A stretch of DNA of 43,354 bases, filler included, from Jimgerdemannia flammicorona (taxonomy: Eukaryota): the NCBI GenBank assembly GCA_003990765.1. It is 2 parts of 2 records of this genome, joined end to end, with 100 filler letters (N's around TTAATTAATTAA, not from the genome) between each part and the next. Parts side by side here need not be neighbours in the genome. Positions count along the whole stretch, not along the records: positions 21,729 to 43,354 come from RBNJ01001419.1; 1 more part is not named here. One strand, written 5' to 3'. A model generated the notes under the pieces. That model was not told the origin of the DNA and made no database searches. It saw nothing but the letters and a program-made list of their open reading frames with translations. A program made the translations under genes and the position numbers. How positions within the stretch are numbered: the stretch's first letter is position 1; each line of letters starts with the position of its first letter. Below, in pieces: positions 36,897 to 43,354 of the stretch.

Positions 36897-38186
36897 TATA
36901 ATATGCCTGGCTCAATAGAGGCAAATTACAAGATTGGGGATTGATGTAGTTTAGTTTGAGCCCCTAGTTACTTTGTTAAAAGCAATAAAATATTCTTAGT
37001 ATTTAGTGGTATAATAGTCAAAGCTGAGTATCTATAAGCAATTTCTTTATTGGGATGAGTTCTTAGGTATAGCAGCAATTTGTATATATGGCAGATGATT
37101 TGATATAACATGACAATCTCCTTAAGTATGATGGTCTGGCAATTTAGCAGTTTCCTTCTTAAGTGGCAATCTCCAAAAGTATGCAATTTCTGTATGATGA
37201 TCTCTTATATAGCAGAATGGGTTCCTTATGTGGTTTTTGGTGAATAACTTAATTTAGTGGGTTATTCTGAAATGGACTTACTGGGAATAGAGAATAGTGT
37301 GGATTCTTCTGAATCAGCTCACTGGGAATTATACTGGTGGCAGATTCTTCCTGAATCAGTGAGCTTTTGGGAATAATAACTCAGTGGGTTTTCTAAGAGT
37401 GGTAGATATTTTGGATAACTCAGACAACTTGGATATCATAGATTCTTTCTGAATTGACTCACTGAAAATGAGTGAATAACTTAGACAATGTGGATAATTT
37501 GGATAACTCGGATAACTCAGATAACTCAGATAACTTAAATGTTACAGATTTTTTCTAAATCAGTGGTTTACTAAGAAATGACTCAGATTCTTGGCAAGTT
37601 ATATCAAAGACTAACTTCATTTACATAGAGTTATATCATAGACTGGCTTCATTGTGAAGTTGCATCAGATAGACTGGCTTGTGGTAAGTTTCCTTAAGGG
37701 CTCTCTGGAAATATAGGTTTCTCTTCAAAAGATGGCAAAGTTCTTTCTTAAACTTTAGTAGCAAATCTTCAGACTTATCTGATAAGTGAACTAAGGCTTT
37801 ATATTGGAAAGGGGACTGGAGTGGGGAAAAGGAATCAATGTTCAATCTTTAGAGGCTTTTTTGGTTTACTTCAACTTTTCAGACTAAGGTTTATTCACTC
37901 TTGTCTCTGGAGTATTTTATATAATTTTAGTTACCACTAGTTACTATATTGCTAACTATAGATTACTATCTATAGCAAGTGTTTCTGAATGATACAGTAT
38001 ATCTATTGAGTATAGTATATCTACTTGGTATAGTATATCTACTTAGTATAGGTAAATATACTATTTCTAATATCTCTGGTTAATTATACAAGTTGGTACA
38101 GTAAAGTAGTCTTAGTTACTTAGTGTACTAGATATGGTATATGGCTAATTTATAAATTTGGTAGTATAATTCTATTGCTTATCACA
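36897..38186 (-). repeat. LTR (5' LTR position), diverged relative of 8229-9770
   Basis: Collinear similarity to 8229-9770; ends T(G>A)TAAT ... ATCACA. Confidence 0.72.
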
Positions 38187-38341
38187 CTATCTATAAGTAA
38201 GAAATATAACCAATATATATAATTTATATAATCTACTCATAGATAAGAGATGTAATCAATATAGATATAAAATATATATATAATATGAGAGGCTTTTGAT
38301 AGCCTAAAAAGTATTCTACTTTAGTTATTATATCTATTATA

Positions 38342-39932
38342 CAGTGGTGAGTAAAAGGGTAATAATGTTTTGAAAATTTTACTTTTATAAATAATATCTC
38401 TATAAATAATTAATATAATGAAATGTAACTTATATTTTTCAAAAGCTCTTGCTTTTCTTTACCATTGGTTAAAATATCATTTTGATACCATTATTATTTA
38501 GCTTGCAATAAATTTTTACATTAATACTATATATTGTTACCCTTTTGGCTTTTCTACCACCATTTTTGCTATTTTAATATTTCACATAACCCGCTCAACC
38601 TTTTATACAGCTGCAACATATGGTATTATTCTTGGTGTAAAAATGGTGTAAAAATTCATACCAACATTCGTTTCTTATATAAAATATGGAAGCTATCTAT
38701 TGAGATTCACGACACTATCATCAATAGATTGAATTCCAGGCAGTTGGTAAAAAAGATTGCCAAAGCAATCAGCATAAGCATTACTTCAGTTAGCCGCATC
38801 CAAAACGAGCATTGTGATGATGCAAATATATTAAAAGGCAGTCATCCACCAAAGTTATCTACTCAAGATAGATCATGGATTGTCTGCCAGGTGTCCAGTG
38901 GTAAGATTGAAACTGCTGCAAATATTACAAAAATACTTCAAGAAGAGGGCCAAGCCAGTGTGAGTGCAACTACAGTATATCAAACATTAAAAGGTGCTGG
39001 TTTGAAGTCATTTGTGAAGCAGAAAAAGCTATTATTGTTGCCATACCATATCAAATCGCAGTACAAATTTGCACAAAAATACAAGAACTGGACTGTAGAT
39101 GACTGAAAATGGGTGATATTCTCGGATGAAACAAAAGTCAACTGTTTGGGGTCAGATGGACAAGAATGGGCATAGAAGAGGCCCAGGGCACAGCTTGAGC
39201 AACATTATGTGACTCTGACATTGAAATTCAGTGGCAGATCAATTATGATTTAGAGATGTATGAGTTACTATAGTATTGGATATACATGCAGAATTGATGG
39301 GCATATGAATTCGGAGCTATATACAGAAATCCTCGAAGATGAATTAAAGGAATCTATTAAATTCTTTAGAATGGACAAAAAGAAGGTGATATTTCAACAA
39401 AATAATGATCCAAAACATATGTCGAAGATGGTGCGCAACTGGTTTAAGAACAATTCCATCTGTTTGCTAGATTGGCCAGCACAGTCCCCTGATCTTAATC
39501 CAATTGAACATCTTTGGAGACATCTCAAACAACTGCTCAATACATATGATGAACCACCCAAAGGAATGCAAGAGCTTTGGGAATGTATAGAGTATGAATG
39601 GGAAGGCATATTGACCAAAAAATGCATTGACCTAATTGAGAGCATGCCAAGATGCATTGCTGCTGTGTACAAGACCAAAGGAGGTTATGTGAAATATTAA
39701 AATAGCAAAAATGGCAGTGGAAAAACCAAAAGGGTAACAATACATAGTATTAATGTAAAAATTTATTACAAGCTAAATAATAATGGTATCAAAATGATAT
39801 TTTAACCAATGGTAAAGAAAAGCAAGAGCTTTTGGAAAATATAAGTTACATTTTATTATATTAATTATTTATAGAGATATTATTTATAAAAGTAAAATTT
39901 TCAAAACATTGTTACCCTTTTGCTCATCACTG
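38342..39932 (+). mobile_element. Complete Tc1/mariner element (1591 bp) with ~250-bp TIRs and TA TSD
   Basis: TA|CAGTGGTGAG...CTCATCACTG|TA; TIRs 38342-~38592 and ~39683-39932 are nearly perfect. Confidence 0.96.
38684..39700 (+). pseudogene. Tc1 DD34E transposase with nonsense mutations
   Basis: HTH N-terminus, VIFSDETK, FQQ(D>N)NDPKH-34 aa-WPAQSPDLNPIEHLW, LIESMPRC..KGGYVKY*. Several TGG>TGA/TAG stops. Confidence 0.93.
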
Positions 39933-40627
39933 TAGATTAGTTAGTATTGTAGAAGATAGATATTATAGATATCATTAATTATGGATGTCAATACTCCTAC
40001 TTAATTATTATTATTTCTATTATTTACTTGTTGATAGGGTGTTTCTGGCTTATTGTTTAAACTCATTAGTCTTTCTGTAGTCTTATTGGCTATGCCTCAT
40101 TACTAGCTATATTGCTGATCTTATCAGTCTTATTAATCTCACCTATATTTTGAACCTTAGGTTTAGATTCACCTCTGTTGATCTTATTACTAGTCTTATA
40201 TATACTGACTTTATCAGTCTTGTTAGCTGGTATCCTTATTGTCATAATTGCCTTAACTATTTGAGAGAGCTTTATAATTACCTTGAATATCTAAGTGAGT
40301 GCCTTTGTCATAATTATCTTCTACTACTAAGAAGAACTTTATTATCACCATTAGTAGGCTTCTTCACTATACCTAGGCCATATTCATCCATACTTATAAC
40401 AGAACTATATTTTCTATTACTAAGTATTTATATCATATATCTTACAGTATAGTATATATACTAGAGGAGTTTTTAGCTATTAACTGGAACTCATAATCTA
40501 TATTATAATAAATAGAAGAAGTAATTTATTTATAATATAAATTGTATACTTTTAGGTATTAATATAAATGATATAAAACAAATTAGTATAAAGTTATATA
40601 GATATATATTGACTTATAATTCCAATA

Positions 40628-40628
<1 letters not shown>

Positions 40629-40697
<69 letters not shown>

Positions 40698-43293
40698 TTT
40701 TTTATTTTTTTATAGTCACTTGGACTTTGCCATTTATTATCAGTCTATATATATAATTACATTATCTCCTCCTACTGCCTAATCTCCATAGGGGAACTCT
40801 CTCTCTTATTTCTTCATACTTGAAAATCACTCTATCCCACATTACCCCAACTCTCTCCCCACTCTATCTACAGATTCTCTCCACCAAACAATACTACTGA
40901 TCACTCTGCAGACTCTAACCAAGCCACTAGCCTATCAGAGTATTCTCCATCAACTCTTCCCATCACAGTAGTTGTATCTCCAATCTTAAATATCTTCCAT
41001 CCTTAAAAACAAACAACCAGTGACCTGCCAACTCCACCCATACAGTCAGTATCTAACCTAAAATAAGCTACTTCTTTCCAACCCCTCTCACCAATCTATC
41101 TTACAAATCCTCTCACTAATCCCTCACACTATTCCCCCTCTACATAATATTCAATTACTCTTCAACTACTATTTAGAAATCACTAAACATCTCACACTCT
41201 CCTAGCCAATCTGCACAAATCCCCCTTTCTATCCAACATTATAGCACTCCTCACAATCAAAGTTTCTCCCTTCTACAAGGTGACCAGAGCAAAAGTTGAG
41301 CATGATATTCCTCCTCAATATGTACCACCAGACTACTCAATACTTTGATGGTAGCTATTACTGAACCTCAGCACTCTAGGCCCAGACCTCATTCTAGTCC
41401 CACTCTTCTCTGATATCCACCAACTGCCATCTACTAGGCCACAGATCCTGCCCCAACCTCCTCTGGCACTCAACTTCCTCATCAATATTGAAAGTGATCA
41501 AAAGAGATGCCCTCCAGTAATACTCAGTCTTATCTCTACATTGCTGGACCTTAAGATATCTCTCCTTCATCTCTCTGCTAACAAATACCAATATAGTATA
41601 CCCTATCTGCAACTCCCCACCAGAAGTCCTTAAACCACATATACCTATTGTTCTGAAGCCCAACCAAGGACAGTAGATCTCCTGTAGAGTCTCTCAGTGA
41701 GGATCTCATCTCCCAGACCTTCTTCATTAGAGGAACCCAGCTGCCACCACTCAGCTCCATAGCTCTCTTAAGCCACCATACTCTCAGACAGTGCAACCTC
41801 TTCAGAAAGTCAACCAGCTTAAGTTCCTCTCTAGCTACTAGTAAAGATAAGATTTCTCAGCTAATCTGACTCCTCCTCCTAGCCCAAATCCACCCCTTGG
41901 TCAGTTTCAGTAATCTCTTCACCACCCAGGCTGAGAAGTCCAGATGATAAGCCAAATACCACAACTTCAGCAGCCAGTAAATATTCAAGATAGAAATATA
42001 TCCTGTCAGGGATAAGTGACAGTCTCCCCAACTCTGCAGAGCCTCTCCTCAGATAGCAACTCACTGCTCCTACTAGAGTCTTGGTAGAACTGATCCATAT
42101 ACTGAGAGATAGATGCCCAAGTATCTCACTACCTCCCCAGCAGAGACAATTATTCCAATGACATCTCTCCCCATCAGGCCATTACTAAGCACTATTGTTT
42201 TATACTTATACCAATTGAGTTTAGCTCCAGAGTATATCTCATACTACTCTATAGTCTCTTTGAGTTCCTTAACATCAGTGATTGAGTCCAGGCTAACCAC
42301 CATATCATCTGCAAAGGTACCAACTTTCCATCCAATGCCAAATACTGAAAGCTCTCCTATTCTTCTCCAAATTCTATCCATCAAAGGCTCCAAGAAAAGT
42401 ACATATAGAATGGGGGACAGTGGGTCTCCCTGGAGCTAGAGGGAAAGCCACCCCTCAATGTCCATTACATATGAGCACAGCTCTGCTCCCTTTCAGTAAG
42501 CTGACTATTGCTACTTGGAACTATTGAGGGACACCAATCCAATCTAGTATCTTTGCCATCTAGACCCATTGAATATGGTCATATGCCTTTTCCTGATCCA
42601 AGAAGACCAGGCACCCATCCAGTTTACAGGCTCAAACCTCTTCAATAATGCTATATATCTAAGCTGTGTCATCCCAAATGAGTCAGTTCCTGACAAAGCC
42701 CCACTGCTCCTCCCTCAAGACCAGTTGAGTCATCTTCTGCAGCCTTGCTACTATTACCTTAGTAACCAACTTTCTGTCCATGTCCAGTAGTATGATCAGT
42801 CTCCAGTTCTTCCAGTTCTCTCTCCTACTCTTATTCTTATACAACAGTACTACCAGCCTCAGATCCTGCTCACCTACCTATCTCTCAGACTATAGTACTA
42901 AGTCACAAAGTGCTCTCAGCTCTCCCAGTATGCTGGAGATACTTACCATCTTCTTTCAGAAATTCCAGGGCAGGCCATCCTCCCCTGGTGCTGCACCTAG
43001 TATAGTTGTAGCAAGAACCTGGTGAATCTCCTCCTCCTGTACTGGCAACATCAGGTCACCCAGTCCTTCTGCCTATAGTGGATACCAATCCTCCAAGGCA
43101 TGATCAATAGTGGCAGTATCAGCCCCACCCTTCTCTTCACTCCACAGACTACTCCACCTCTTCTTCAACATTTTGTATATACTATACACCAATAGTCTCT
43201 CAGAATTGAGAACCCCCTCCCACCTCTGCTGAACTCTCCTCACCTGAAGGCCCCTTGTGAGAAACTTAGAGGGCCTCTCTTCTTCCTCCAGCT

Positions 43294-43294
<1 letters not shown>
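40629..43294 (-). mobile_element. 3' part of another LINE of the LINE-A family (LINE-C), decayed, with long poly(A) tail
   Basis: Poly(T) 40629-40710 then tatagtcacttggac, the reverse complement of the LINE-A 3' end. Minus strand gives PGEDG, FLDQEKAYD, QGDPLSPILY, FADD and CEEC. Confidence 0.9.

Positions 43295-43354
<60 letters not shown>
43295..43354 (-). repeat. Poly(T) at window end, probably the tail of a further retroposon inserted into LINE-C
   Basis: 60 T interrupting LINE-C ORF2; the window ends here. Confidence 0.5.

Noticed and set aside
39935..40628. 100-aa hydrophobic ORF 40150-40452
   Set aside because: TTG start, AT-decayed TE-like context; the Leu/Ile/Tyr bias is expected from C>T decay.

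Overview
Eukaryotic, most likely fungal, genomic DNA. The intron-rich genes, the GDP-fucose synthase and the protein style suggest an early-diverging Mucoromycota-type fungus, but that is inference. A ~8 kb CpG-rich island (~24.9-32.9 kb) holds two intact multi-exon genes, GDP-L-fucose synthase and a CHL1/DDX11 Fe-S helicase. It is surrounded by nested, decayed transposons: two intron-containing hAT remnants, a chromodomain-integrase remnant, a large minus-strand Ty3/gypsy element, several L1/Tx1-like LINE insertions (one full length with TSD), a related LTR plus gag, and a complete Tc1 (DD34E) element with ~250 bp TIRs. The most unusual object is the Ty3/gypsy element. Its pol reads PR - ~430 aa Cys/His-containing unknown insert - dUTPase - RT - RNase H - IN(GPY/F), followed by a cryptic ~184-codon extra ORF that overlaps the pol stop and ends at the 3' LTR. 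Repeats show graded C>T/G>A hypermutation at CpG and also CpA, which is RIP-like and stops sharply at the gene island. Positions 21629-21728 are an artificial 100-bp assembly spacer, so adjacency across it is unproven.
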